In this document: in pieces, positions 29,185 through 42,289 of the stretch | Layout: the number at the start of each line of letters is the position of its first letter | Position numbering within the stretch: position 1 is the stretch's first letter | NCBI GenBank assembly: GCA_002269645.1 | Contig: NIVC01000028.1 | Coordinates: 62,001-126,000 of the forward strand | Direction: 5' to 3' | Source: Macrostomum lignano | Lineage: Eukaryota | DNA: 64,000 nt | Notes under the pieces: generated by a model | The model's input: only the letters and a program-made list of their open reading frames with translations | Database searches by the model: none | Told to the model about the DNA's origin: nothing | Position numbers and translations under genes: made by a program

Positions 29185-30504
29185 ATGGACACCCGCCTGA
29201 AGCCGCGGGCGCCCAACGATCTGTCGTCCAGATTCGTTGACGAGCGAATAACCGCCCTGCCCAAGGTGCCCGACTCGTGGGAGTGCCGGCTTGACAACTA
29301 CTACCAGCTGGACTTGAGGATGTGCTTCATCACCTACTTCCGCTGGAGCTTCCGCTGGGGTGACGACGCCAAACCTACGCTGTCCTCATTGCCAGTCATT
29401 GAGCAGCCGTCGCGCGTTCTGCTCATCGACGTGTCGCTAAACGACATCTACTCGCTGGACGACGACACTCTGAGCCCATTTCGTCAGCTTCGAGCGCTAA
29501 ACGCATCGCTGAATCGAATCACGGAGCTGCACGGCCTGCAGGTGCTGCCGACTCTGCGCTTTCTTGACCTCGGATTCAACCAGATCTCCGGGCTGCAGGA
29601 CCTGGCCTACTGCCGCAAGCTGGTAGAGCTCAGGCTCAACCACAACTGTCTCAAATCGCTGGCTTCGCTGCCACCGCTGCCGAACCTCGAGCAGCTGCAC
29701 GTTGACGGCAACGAGATCGCGTCTTTGGAAGGCCTGCAGGCGCTGTCGAAGCTGCGCGAACTGTCGGCCCGTCGGAACCGCATCGCCAACATCACCGCCC
29801 TGACCACCTGCAAGGCCGTGAACTCGCTGGACCTCAGCCACAACTCGATACACGATCTGGAGTTCACGGTTAAGATTCTCACGGCACTGCCGCTGCTGAC
29901 GGTCCTGACTGCGAAGAACAATCCAATGAGCAATCACCCCGGCTACCAGGAGGCCGTGAAGAGCATGCTCAGCCGGCTAGAGAGTCTGGACGGCGTCAAC
30001 TTGATGCAGCGCGACGGCAAACTCTACGAGGACGACCCGTACGAGTTGAACCCCAACAGCGAGATCGCCAAGTTCAAGCGGCTCACCAGGGAGGCCTACC
30101 TGGACCGGATGCGCCAGGCCAAGCTCACCATGGAGGAGAGCGTGGCGGTGCTGCAGCGCCAAATCCTCGGCCTGATGGAGAACCAGCGCGAGCTCGAAAA
30201 GACTCTGGGCAGGGAGCTGCAGAACACGCTGTCGCAGCTGGACAGCATGGACAGGCTGAGCTCGCACAATCCAGTCTCTCTGCCGCCGCGCGAGGACCTC
30301 TCCGGCCAGGGGCTCAGCATGTTCGGCGGCCCGGGGGACACCCGCTATGGACCCTCGGACCTGCCGGAGGACCGGCGAAACCCGTACACCCGGGCGTGGC
30401 GCGGCTCCGACGTCAAGGAGACGGACCAGGTGCTGCGGATGGCCGCCCTCAGGCTGGGCACCTACCAACGAGGGGGCGCTGCCGGGGCTGAGGGAACCGG
30501 CTGA
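29185..30504 (+). CDS. Single-exon leucine-rich-repeat protein (SDS22-like LRRs, LRR cap, coiled coil), 439 aa
   Basis: Repeated LxxLxLxxNxI motifs (LRFLDLGFNQI, LVELRLNHNCL, LEQLHVDGNEI); cap NPMSNHPGY...LESLDG; heptad-rich C-terminus; AATAAA at 30517-30522. Confidence 0.9.
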   Translation: MDTRLKPRAPNDLSSRFVDERITALPKVPDSWECRLDNYYQLDLRMCFITYFRWSFRWGDDAKPTLSSLPVIEQPSRVLLIDVSLNDIYSLDDDTLSPFRQLRALNASLNRITELHGLQVLPTLRFLDLGFNQISGLQDLAYCRKLVELRLNHNCLKSLASLPPLPNLEQLHVDGNEIASLEGLQALSKLRELSARRNRIANITALTTCKAVNSLDLSHNSIHDLEFTVKILTALPLLTVLTAKNNPMSNHPGYQEAVKSMLSRLESLDGVNLMQRDGKLYEDDPYELNPNSEIAKFKRLTREAYLDRMRQAKLTMEESVAVLQRQILGLMENQRELEKTLGRELQNTLSQLDSMDRLSSHNPVSLPPREDLSGQGLSMFGGPGDTRYGPSDLPEDRRNPYTRAWRGSDVKETDQVLRMAALRLGTYQRGGAAGAEGTG

Positions 30505-30810
30505 GCTCGCGAACTCAATAAATTTCTTTTTTCACCATTTGACTTGGATATCTTCTCTCTTTCGCTCTAGGCTCTTCAATGTGCTTTTAGCTTACTCAAA
30601 TTATCCTATTGGATAGAAGACTCAATCAGCTTTCCTAAAACAGTGAGACTGAATGAAGGTGAAAAAACCTTCCTAGTACCCATGCGTAACTTCTGTGAAT
30701 TGTAAATACGAAAATTTTGACTCAAATACATAGCATTGAAGTTGCTTCAATTGAAGTTGCAAGAATTTCAATACGATAAAATTTAGTAACCGACTGGCGT
30801 TTCTATTTAT

Positions 30811-31110
<300 letters not shown>

Positions 31111-31544
31111 AGGTAGTTACCCCAAAAAAAATCAGATGTGTAACACTTGACTTCTCAGTGCTCAAAGGCAGTCAATCAGCAAGGGCCGCTGTGACAGCAA
31201 CCAGGTGTATTTGTTATCCAGAGTAAAATGTTAACTGCACAAAATTGTAAAATAAGATCTGCTGTAGAAAAAAAGCATAACTGAAATGAAGGGAGCAATA
31301 ACAACAGGATTGCGCGCGACAAAGGAAAGAAGGGAACTCACTTAGATTAACAACGGATTACGCAGAAATCATTCGCTCAAGCAGCCTGATACGAACTTAG
31401 CATTGATCCGAAGGTTTGGGTTTCCGCTGTCTGTTTCAAGGCTCTGTACAAAGTTGACTTAAGAAAAAGACAATAAGTTGGCTTTTAAAGTCTCGAAGTT
31501 ATTGAGATAAGGGCTGGAGACAGAGAGTTAGCTAAAATAGAGAT

Positions 31545-32140
31545 AAGATAGGTGGTAAGAGATAAGAGAGGGGTGAGAGATAAGAGAGGGGTGAGAGATA
31601 AGAGAGGGGTGAGAGATAAGAGAGGAGGTGAGAGATAAGAGAGGGGGTGAGAGATAAGAGAGGGGTGAGAGATAAGAGAGGGGTAAGAGATAAGAGAGGG
31701 GTGAGAGATAAGAGAGGGGGTGAGAGATAAGAGAGGGGTGAGAGATAAGAGAGGGGTGAGAGATAAGAGAGGGGTGAGAGATAAGAGAGGGGTGAGAGAT
31801 AAGAGAGGGGGTGAGAGATAAGAGAGGGGGTGAGAGATAAGAGAGGGGTGAGAGATAAGAGAGGGGTAAGAGATAAGAGAGGGGTGAGAGATAAGAGAGG
31901 GGTGAGAGATAAGAGAGGGGTGAGAGATAAGAGAGGGGTGAGAGATAAGAGAGGGGTGAGAGATAAGAGAGGGGTGAGAGATAAGAGAGGGGTGAGAGAT
32001 AAGAGAGGGGTGAGAGATAAGAGAGGGGTAAGAGATAAGAGAGGGGTGAGAGATAAGAGAGGGGTGAGAGATAAGAGAGGAGGTGAGAGATAAGAGAGGG
32101 GTGAGAGATAAGAGATGGGTGAGAGATAGGACAGGCGGTG
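31545..32140 (+). repeat. 18-bp purine-rich minisatellite (GAGATAAGAGAGGGGT(G/A)A)
   Basis: About 30 tandem copies. Confidence 0.95.
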
Positions 32141-32644
32141 AGAGATATGAAAAGGAAGAGAGATAAAAGACAGTGAGAGCTACAAAGACAGGGAATGAAC
32201 ATTGTCAACCTGGTTGGGAATCCACCAACATTTCCAATACAGTGACATAAAAAGTTGGGTCGAACTTTAAATTTGCAAGCTGCTCATGCAAACTGTTAGG
32301 ATGTGAGCGTAAATTTATCAGTTACAATTAGGCAATGATTTTCAGAAATATTCGTGAGCAGGGCGATGCAGCTTTTGCCAATCGGTCCGCTAGACGGCAG
32401 GTGAATAAAAATGATGGTGATTAAATTATTAATTAAACCGCAAAAAGAGATTTTATTTGATTAAAGCAAAAATAATAAGCGACTTGAATATTTTAGCGCT
32501 GCTTGCCAATCGCACAGTGCAAGTATCGATGGGACCGGTCTCAGGTAGGTAATGAATTTAATTCCATACACATTTTCTACCTTTGTTAGTTATTGTAAAG
32601 TAAAAATTAAGGGATCAGAAAGGAGAGGAGAAGAGGACGTCCAT

Positions 32645-32790
32645 TAGCGACTCTCACCTAATACTAGCGACTCTCTCACCTAATTCTAGCGACTCTCTCA
32701 CCTAATTCTAGCGACTCTCTTACCTAATTCTAGCGACTCTCTCACCTAATTCTAGTTACTCTCTCACCTAATTCTAGCTACTCTCACCTA
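32645..32790 (-). repeat. 22-bp minisatellite (CTCTCACCTAATTCTAGCGACT) just downstream of the TRPV stop codon
   Basis: About 6 copies; the minus strand reads TAG|GTGAGAG. Confidence 0.85.
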
Positions 32791-32838
32791 TGGCGCCCAT
32801 CCTCCAACTCCGGCTCCCTCCATAACCCAACGCGGCAG

Positions 32839-35800
32839 TCAGTTTTTCGCAGGCGATTTCGCTCTCTTCAAAGTCTTCTTGATGGACAGAGCCGCCTTGG
32901 TGGCCGCGCCAGCGCCCTGGCCCAGCCGCGACCTACTGGCTGCTGCTGAAGACGACGCAGAAGCAGCGCCGCCGCCGCCGCCGCCACCGCCGCCCGTCGG
33001 TTTTCCACCACCGCTGATCAGCGTCTTGGAGCTCGAGGCCGAGTCCGAACGGTCTGCAGGTTTCGAATCCGAGGCGGAGATGGCCGAGTCCACGGACTCC
33101 AGCAGCGAGTTCTCGTCATCGAAGCTGGACAGTTGCTTCACTAGCGGCGGCCGCTTGACCATGGACCTCAGCGAGATGGTCTTGGGCGAGTCCTGAGCGG
33201 CCAGAATGTGAAAGGCTGAGTTGCTCAACTTTGGCAGAGAATGCTGCTGCTGCTGAGGTTTGTCAGCGGCCGATGAGCTGCCGTCAGCGTCCGGCACGGT
33301 CTCGAGGATCTCGTCGATAGACTGCTCGAGATCCTGCTGCATCGCACTGACCGAACTGTCCATGGCTGAGGTCTCCATTTTTTTCAGCACTCGAGCGTAG
33401 CGTTGAGTTCGAACCACGGACTTCTGCAGGCCAATGAGTCGTGCTCGCTGCTGACGTAGTGTGTCCAGGGATTCTTCAGACCCGTCGAACGTAAATGGGC
33501 GCGTGCTGCCGGAGGCGCGGTGGTCTCTGAGAAGCTGGAGTACTTTGCGACAGGAGCGCTGTAGCGAGGAGAGGATTGGGGTGAGGTCGCTCAGTCAGTT
33601 GACTTTGCGTACGGTTTATCGGGTTCTGCTCGCACCTCCCGTCAACCTGTACATCGGCATTCTGCGCCTTTATGGCTGGGAATCTAACCGGTATCTAACC
33701 TGTATCTAACCTGTATCTAACCTGTATCTAACCTGTATCTAACCTGTATCTAACCTGTCTCTAACCTGTATCTAACCTGTATCTAACCTGTCTCTAACCT
33801 GTATCTAACCTGTATCTAACCTGTATCTGACCTGTATCTAACCTGTATCTAACATGTATCTATCATGTATTTAACTTGTATCTATTTATTTTTTTATTAG
33901 AGGCAGGGGGGTTGTGTGCACCCTGGCGCACTTTAAGCGTCATTGGCACACAACCGGCGAGAGGCATTACTGCCCATTCCGCCGACTCCCCTGAGCAGGC
34001 ACACAAGCGCGCGGATACGTACGCAGGCACACACTCACACAGGAGTGTACAGCGGCCCTAACTTTATATTATCGTTAGGCATGTACACTTCACTGTGCCT
34101 TGGGGGGTTGGCTCTCAAGGCCGTTAATTGCACGAGCAGAGCCAAGCTGAGATTCCAATTCAGCCCCAAATTAATGTGACTGCACTTGGAATCGAGCCTG
34201 GGTCGCTGGCACACCAGAGCAGCTGCGCTACCGCTGGGCTACGGCCCCCTAACTTGTATCTAACCGGTATCTAACATGTATCTATCCTGTATCTATCCTG
34301 TATCTAACCTGTATGCAACCTTTATGTAACCTGTATCCAACCTGACCTGTATCTAACCTGTATGTAACCTATATCTGACGAGTATCTAACTAGTATCTAA
34401 CCTGTCTCTCAGCAGTGTCTATAAAGTATCTAATAAAGTATCTAACCACTGTATGTACCAGTAAGTTGATTCTGGATTGTAAAGTATTGCACAGCTGACC
34501 TTCCAGTTATTCGACGCTGTTCTTCTCAAAAAAGCGAGGGTCTTCTTGGTCCGCAGGATGGTCATGAGTCCGACCTCGCCGTCCTTGCCAGGCACTGGAA
34601 TCGTGTACTCGCTCTGGAACTTCAGCAACTGCTTGGGACTGTAGCTGCGCTCCAGAATGACAATTATCTTGGCCCACTGAAAAGTTAACGTTAAAACCAT
34701 TTTAACACATGAAAACATTTTTACCGGTTATGGGTACAAATCTGTCTGGAGAAAGCTTAACACCGGAAAGTTTTACAACGATCATGCTTCTCATAGGTCT
34801 TTCTTCAATGTCTTTCTTTAGGAAAAATATTCGGTCTCCACGATCTACAATACTTTTAGCGTCGTCATTTTTTCTAGAATTTTCTTTGAAATATAAAACA
34901 ACACCGGAAATTGTCTAATGATGTTTTTCTTCTTAAAAGAAATAAATGGACTCAACAGTCTGCGTTGATCTTTTAGCGTAGTATTTTTTTCCAGCAGATT
35001 TTCTTAGAAATATAAAAACGCAACTCAATAATGTTTTTCTTATAACTTCACATTTTTCGCGTGAACTTTCTTAGAAGTATAAAAATTTAACACCGGAAGT
35101 TTTTATAATCATGATTTTCTTAGAAACAAACGATCGTTTAGTTTCGTAATATTTCCCGCGAATTTTCTTAGAAGTGCACGTGTACTTTCAATCAGATTTT
35201 TTGACAACTCTCACCATCGCAATCCACTCCTTCTGCGACCTGGAGTTCACCAGATTGTAGGTGTTGCCCATCATGGCGATCAGCATGTTCAGCAGCAGAA
35301 TCGGCACCAGAATGAGGAAGGCGGCGAACACGAACTTGGCCAGCGGAGTGTAGTTCGTGTAGTTGAATTCGTCGTACTGAAATTACGAAAATTTTTACTT
35401 TTATAGTTGACTGATTTGCAAAGATGATATTTTAGAATATGAATTGATTTATTGACGTTTTTAAACGCCCCAAAATCAGTTTAGAACAGCAAATAAAATG
35501 ACAATAGCCTTTAAACTTTAGTATCAAACAGGGAGACACTTAATTTATACAAAAATGCGCCAAAAATCGCTAGAAATAAGCAAAAATACGAAATTTGAGT
35601 ACATCAATGTACATCAGTGTACTTATATAATGATTTTTAATCACTAATTAGCTGTTACATGTAAGGGGGAAAAGCATTCTTATTGCAGGCTTAACGGTCA
35701 AAAAAAGACTTGAAGTGCGTAGAAAAACGCACGGATGGATTTCTGCAGACTTGCATTCTATGAGCTAAATTGTCGCCATAGCAACAAAAAGCCCTGCTGT

Positions 35801-38800
35801 CCCTTCTTCCCTCCCCTCAGCAGCGCTGCGTCCCTCAGAGCCCCGCGACCACCCACTGTCTGCGCCAGTTAATGAGCGCCCATGCAGTTGCAGACAATGG
35901 ACTGGCAAAAAGCGGGAGGACTCTACTCCGGTTTTCTTTCAAAAGCAACAGAGAGACACGGACTCGCTTTGAGCTCAAGCTAAGCAGGACAAGAATCTGC
36001 AGAATTTTTTCTCTCCTTCTTCTCCTCCCAGTCCCAGCTCACCTGGTCCTTTGCCTAGCAGATGTACTTTTAAGCTGTGCGCTTATAATTCTCAATATTT
36101 TTACGGGGCACTGCTTGCTTTGGCTTGCCTTGCTTTGCCAGCGCGAAGACACGCTCTCTTGGCGTTGGCCTGGCCGTGGAATCGAAACCAGAGGTGACCT
36201 TCTACCACTCTCGCCACTCCGCCTCCCCAATTAACAAACTATTGATAAAGTTTCTTGTCCCAAAAAAGTAAGTTCAACTCCAATTAGTTTTCAATTCACG
36301 GAATCGATGCGAAAGCCGGGCCTGACAATGGAGGGTGAGTAGAGAGTGAGAGCCGCGAGAGTGCGGCCTCCTAATGAGAGAGAGGGGACATGTGAGGAGA
36401 GAGAAGGAAAAGGAAGACAAAAGGGACAGAAAATGCAGTGGAAGTGTGAAAGGGGGCCCCAGAAAATTGATGAAGCCGGTGCAGCTGAGTGAGTGAGCGA
36501 GTGCGGCCGTTTCTGTTGACCAAAGTTTCTTAGTCAAGCCAGTGGAAGCCAGCCATGAAGCGCGGCAGAGTCCTTCCAAGTTCTCAAAGAAGGCTTGAGA
36601 CACAGGGCTAGTAGAGAGAGATGGGGAGAGACTCGCTGAATAATTCAAGCCCCAGCACACCTCGGGTGAGATAAGCAATTATCGGACCCTCAGGACAGTC
36701 ACGACACCCGAGAGCCCTTAGATAAACTGCTGTCCAAAAAATTTTCGGCAATTAAACAAAAAACAGGACAGATTATTTTTATCAATCAAAAATGTTTTAA
36801 CGACAATCTCGAACTGATCGCGGGATCTGGGCGGCATCAGGCACAGGTTAAACACGGCAGAAATCTGTTTACCTTGGATCGCCTGCTGAACTGGAAGAGG
36901 CGCGTTCGCGAAAACAAATTGATGGAGCAAACTTAACGGGATAGAGAATGTCTCAGTGCTTTTGTAACATTAGGAATTTGCACGGTGAAAACTGTTGGAA
37001 CATTTTTTGCGAATTCCTCACCTTGAAGTCGCCGAGAGTCATTTGCAGCAGCGTCATGACTGTGGTGTGCGGCTGGCTGAAGGACAGCACGCTGGACACA
37101 TTCGGGTCGATGTCTCGGAACAGGAAATAGTACGCTGCGAAGTGGGTTCGAGTGTTAAGCGTCGCTGGTAGTGACAGTGCGAGGATCCCATCGGAGAAGT
37201 CCAGCATATTCTAAGAATGGGCGCCACTGCCAGCTCCCAGATCCCCAGTTGCTGGGCCAGCCTCCCAGATCTCCAGTTGCTGGGCCAGCCTCCAAGATCT
37301 CCAGTTGCTGGGCCAGCCTCCAAGATCTCCAGTTGCTGGGAAAGCCTCCAAGATACTCAGTTGCTGGGCAGCCTCCCAGATCTCCAGTTGCTGGGCCAGC
37401 CTCCCAGATCTCCAGTTGCTGGGCCAGCCTCCCAGATCTCCAGTTGCTGGGCCAGCCTCCCAGATCTCCAGTTGCTGGGCCAGCCTCCCAGATCTCCAGT
37501 TGCTGGGCCAGCCTCCCAGATCTCCAGTTGCTGGGCCAGCCTCCCAGATCTCCAGTTGCTGGGCCAGCCTCCAAGATCCTCAGTTGCTGGGCCAGCCTCC
37601 CAGATCTCCAGTTGCTGGGCCAGTCTTCCTCAGTTGCTGGGCCAGCCTCCCAGATCCTTAGTTGCTTAACCTAAGCAGACTTAACAAGATTCCCCTGGCC
37701 CCAAAATCGAGGTTTCTTTCAAAGCTTCGGTCACGGTAAACTTCTGATAATACCAGACAGATGCAATGGCGATATGAACTCACTCTGAGCAAAGCAGACC
37801 AGAATGATGCTGTAAATGATGCCGAATCTGGCCATGTCGCCTTTGATCATTTTGTAGATCATCGTGACGAAAGTGCCATTCAGTTGAGTGCCGCTGAAAT
37901 ATTGGTTTTAAAGGCGTAGATGTAAATTCTTTACTCTCTTCTTTCTTTGCACAGCTCATTCTTGCACCTTCTTCATGCCTAAATTTCGTCTCCCCCAATG
38001 TACACAGTCTCACAGCCCGCCTGAATTCTGTCACCCAATGTACACTGTCTCCCGGAATCGCCTGAATTCCGTCCCCCAATGTACACAGTCTCACGGCCTG
38101 CTTGAATTCCGTCCCCCAATGTACACAGTCTCACGGCCTGCTTAAATTCCGTCCCCCAATGTACACAGTCTCACGGCCTGCTTGAATTCCGTCCCCCAAT
38201 GTACACAGTCTCACGGCCTGCTTGAATTCCGTCCCCCAATGTACACTGTCTCACGGCCTGCTTAAATTCCGTCCCCCAATGTACACAGTCTCACGGCCTG
38301 CTTAAATTCCGTCCCCCAATGTACACCGTCTCACGGCCCCGCCTGAATTCCGTCCCCCAATGCACACATTCTCACGGCCTGCTTGAATTCTCTCTCCCAA
38401 TGTACGCAGTCTCACAGCCCCGCTTGAATTCTGCTCTCCAGTGTCTGGGTGTCGCAGCTTAAACACAAAAAACCCAAAATCCATTGCTCACCCAGCGAAA
38501 AACAGCAGGTAAATCCAGACACACGGAGCCGCAATAATGAGCAGAGTCTCCTCAGCGTTAGTCAGCGTCTCCAGGTTGCTGGTCCACAGCAGGCTCATAA
38601 TCCTCACCGGCAGAGCCAGGGAGATCAGCAGGCAGGCAATCAGAAATGACGTCTTTGGCGGCGCGTCTCCCTGAAAAGTTGAATCATAGGCGTGAGACGT
38701 CCTTGGAGAGGGGCTTTAGAACCTGGGACTTTAGCACCTGGGGCTTTAGCACCTGGGGCTTTAGCACCTGGGGCTTTAGCAACTGGGGCTTTAGCAACTG

Positions 38801-41800
38801 GGGCTTTAGCACCTGGGGCTTTAGCACCTGGGGCTTTAGCACCTGGGGCTTTAGCACCTGGGGCTTTAGCACCTGGGGCTTTAGCACCTGGGGCTTTAGC
38901 ACCTGGGGCTTTAGCACCTGGGGCTTTAGCACCTGGGGCTTTAGCACCTGGGGCTTTAGCACCTGGGGCTTTAGCACCTGGGGCTTTAGCACCTGGGGCT
39001 TTAGCACCTGGGGCTTTAGCACCTGGGGCTTTAGCACCTGGGGCTTTAGCACCTGGGGCTTTAGCACCTGGGGCTTTAGCACCTGGGGCTTTAGCACCTG
39101 GGGCTTTAGCACCTGGGGCTTTAGCACCTGGGGCTTTAGCACCTGGGGCTTTAGCACCTGGGGCTTTAGCACCTGGGGCTTTAGCACCTGGGCTTTAGCA
39201 CCTGGGGCTTTAGCACCTGGGGCTTTAGCACCTGGGGCTTTAGCACCTGGGCTTTAGCACCTGGGGCTTTAGCACCCACCTACTGGCACCGACCTGATCC
39301 CCGTAGAGCCATGGTCAACTCCATAAAACTGCAAAGTACATAGCGTCAGATGACTCACCAGTCCGCGCAAAAAGTCCAGCACGCCCTGCTCTCTGACTTC
39401 GTCGATGTGCATGAACAGAGTGACCAGGCTGTTCACCACCGTGATGCACTCGAATACGTAGCGGAAAACTTCCTGTGTCGATATCTACAGGGCAGGAGGC
39501 GGATAGGAAGTTTTGATTGATTGATGAGATCACTGTTTGTCTATATAAGCCGGATTTAGTTTTGGTTGTACGCTCGTACTTGTTTAACAAGATTTACCCT
39601 GTTCTGGTGAAGTAAAACAGACGTTAGATAAAAAAACTGTTAGACAAACAGATGTTAGATAAACACAGAAACTGTTAATTAAATAAGCACGGAAACTGTT
39701 AAATAAAGACAGAAACTATTACATAAACAGAGAAACTATTAGATAAAGACAGAAACTCTTAAATAAGCACAGAAACTGTTAGATAAAGACAGAAACTGTT
39801 AGATAAAGACAGAAACTGTTAGATAAACACAGAAACTGTTAGATAAACAAAAAACTGTTAGATAAACATAAAAACTGTTAACTAAACACAGAAACTGTTA
39901 AATAGACACAGAAACTGTTAGACAAGCACAGAAAATGTTAGATAAACACAGAAACTGTTAAATAAGCACGGAAACTGTTAGATAGCTACAGAAGAATGTT
40001 AGATTAGCACGGATCCTGTTGGACACCCAGACAGATGTTAGATAAGCAATAAAACTGTTAGACACGCAGGCATGTTAGATAAGCAATAAAACTGTTAGAC
40101 AGCTACAGAAATTACCGTAACAGCGGCAGCGGCTGCTGTTGTAGTGCTCGCCACAGACGAGGCTGTTGTTGTCAGACTGGAATTGTCGGATTCCAGTGAG
40201 CTGCTCGTCGCTGAAGTGTCGCTACTTGACTTCAGAGGTCTCAGATAGATGGCAGCGCTCATGATGATGATGTGAATCGTCAGCATCAGTAGGCGTTGCA
40301 GGAATCTGGCCTGAGAATGGATGAAGAACAGGTGAGGGTATTAGGATGAATTTCGGTAGCTTGAGTGACACTACAGAAATTTATAGAAAAATTGTTAACT
40401 TTTTCTCGACACAGAACTACCAATAGTTTTTTTCATTAGAAGCTGATCGAAAGCTCAAACGCTCCCCACCTGCACTTAGCCCTGTAAGCTCATCCCAATC
40501 TGTCACTTGCTCGAAACTTTTATCAGTGACAGCTGGTGTCTGTCTTGTTTGAGAACCATAAATTTCCATAACCTGTACTTCTACAAATACATAACATAAC
40601 AACAGGTGAGCTCACACTCCTGTCTCACAGGTACCACACACCTGTCTCACAGGTACCAGACACCTGTCTCACAGGTACCGCACACCTGTCTCATAGGTAC
40701 CACACACCTGTCTCACAGGTACCAGATACCTGTCTCACAGGTACCACACACCTGTCTCACAGGTACCACACACCTGTCTCACAGGTACCAGACACCTGTC
40801 TCACATGTACCACACACCTGTCTCACAGGTACCAGACACCTGTCTCACAGGTACCACACACCTGTCTCACAGATACCACACACCTGTCTCACATGTACCA
40901 CACACCTGTCTCACAGGTACCACACACCTGTCTCAAAGATCCCACACACCTGTCTCACAGGTACCATACACCTGTCTCACAGGTACCACACACCTGTCTC
41001 ACAGGTACCATACACCTGTCTCACAGGTACCCAGCTCCAGGCGAGCAAGGGTTAATCAGGTTATCAAAATCAGCAAATCAAAATGCCAGAAAGTGCTGTC
41101 TCACCCTGGCGTATTTCTGCCACTTCTCGTACAGCAGCTGGTTAATGAGGCCCTGCTCAAGCATGTCCAGGTGCTGGTCGGTGGTCCCGTTGATGATGTA
41201 CATGAAGGCGGAGTTCCAGTCGGTACGGCCGCTCTGGCCAATGGTGTCAACGCCAGTTAACGGGTACACCTTGCAGGTGATGTTGGCAAAGCGCCACATT
41301 TCGGAGCTGCTCAAATCGATGATCTCATTGAAGACGTCTTTGCGACCGAGTTTGGCGGCCAGGGAGATCGGGTTCAGGCCGGCGCTGTTCGTCAGCTTGG
41401 GGTTGGCCGGCTTCTTGTGGTGCTTCACTGCCAGACGGTAGATCTCCTGCGGGTGACGGTTCCATTGGGTTAATGTCATCAGATTTTCGTCAATAGTAGT
41501 TGTCAAGGTTAGGTCAAGGTCCATGCACTCTTCCCTTCCTTTCTCTCTTTTCGCTCTTTACTCGCTATCCCCTCTTTGCCCTCTTTACCCTCTGCCCTCT
41601 GCCCTCTTCACATTTTCCCCTCTTTGTACTCTTCAAATATTTCGCCTCTTTTCCTTTCTTTCCCTCTTCTCCTAATTGACAAATTTCCCTCTGCTCTCTT
41701 CCAGTCGCTAATTCTTTAATCAGCAACTTACGGTATTGTTGTGAATAACCAGCATGTGCAGCACGCTGTTGCCGAACTGGTCCTTGGAGTCGGGGTGGGC

Positions 41801-41979
41801 GCCGCAGCTCAGCAGGAAGTCATAAATCTCAGCGCTGCCGACGCAGCATGCGAATGCGAGCGGGTACTCGCCCAGGTAGCTTTGACCTGAGCAGGTTGGG
41901 TAGGTGTGAGGCTGATTGATTAATTGGTTAATTGATTGATTGATTGCTTGATTGCTTGATTGCTTGATTGCTTGATTGC

Positions 41980-42010
<31 letters not shown>

Positions 42011-42058
42011 ATTGATTGATTGATTGATTGATGAAATGATGGACTGGTTGAATGATGA

Positions 42059-42089
<31 letters not shown>

Positions 42090-42167
42090 TATTAATTTAT
42101 TGATTTATTGATTAATTGGTTAATTGATTGATTGCTTGATTGCTCGATTGCTTGATTGCTTGATTGC

Positions 42168-42201
<34 letters not shown>

Positions 42202-42258
42202 AATTGCTTGATTGATTGATTGATTGATTGATGAAATGATGGATTGGTTGAATGATGA

Positions 42259-42289
<31 letters not shown>

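Noticed and set aside
29497-30616. Antisense and alternate-frame ORFs over the LRR gene (and similar shadows over the kinase, TRPV, FReD and LINE exons)
   Set aside because: Expected shadow ORFs of GC-rich coding sequence.
37228-37665. 28-mer (and the 39-mer at 52.3 kb) as further splice-junction repeats
   Set aside because: The units lack a donor consensus and do not match a neighbouring exon boundary; they are counter-examples to the junction pattern.
38646-39257. WGFST / LKPQV / ALAPG repeat ORFs; likewise ORFs over 37.2-37.7, 40.6-41.0, 43.0-44.0, 50.3-51.0, 52.2-53.0 and 62.9-63.3 kb
   Set aside because: They lie in introns or intergenic minisatellites; the flanking exons splice in phase without them.
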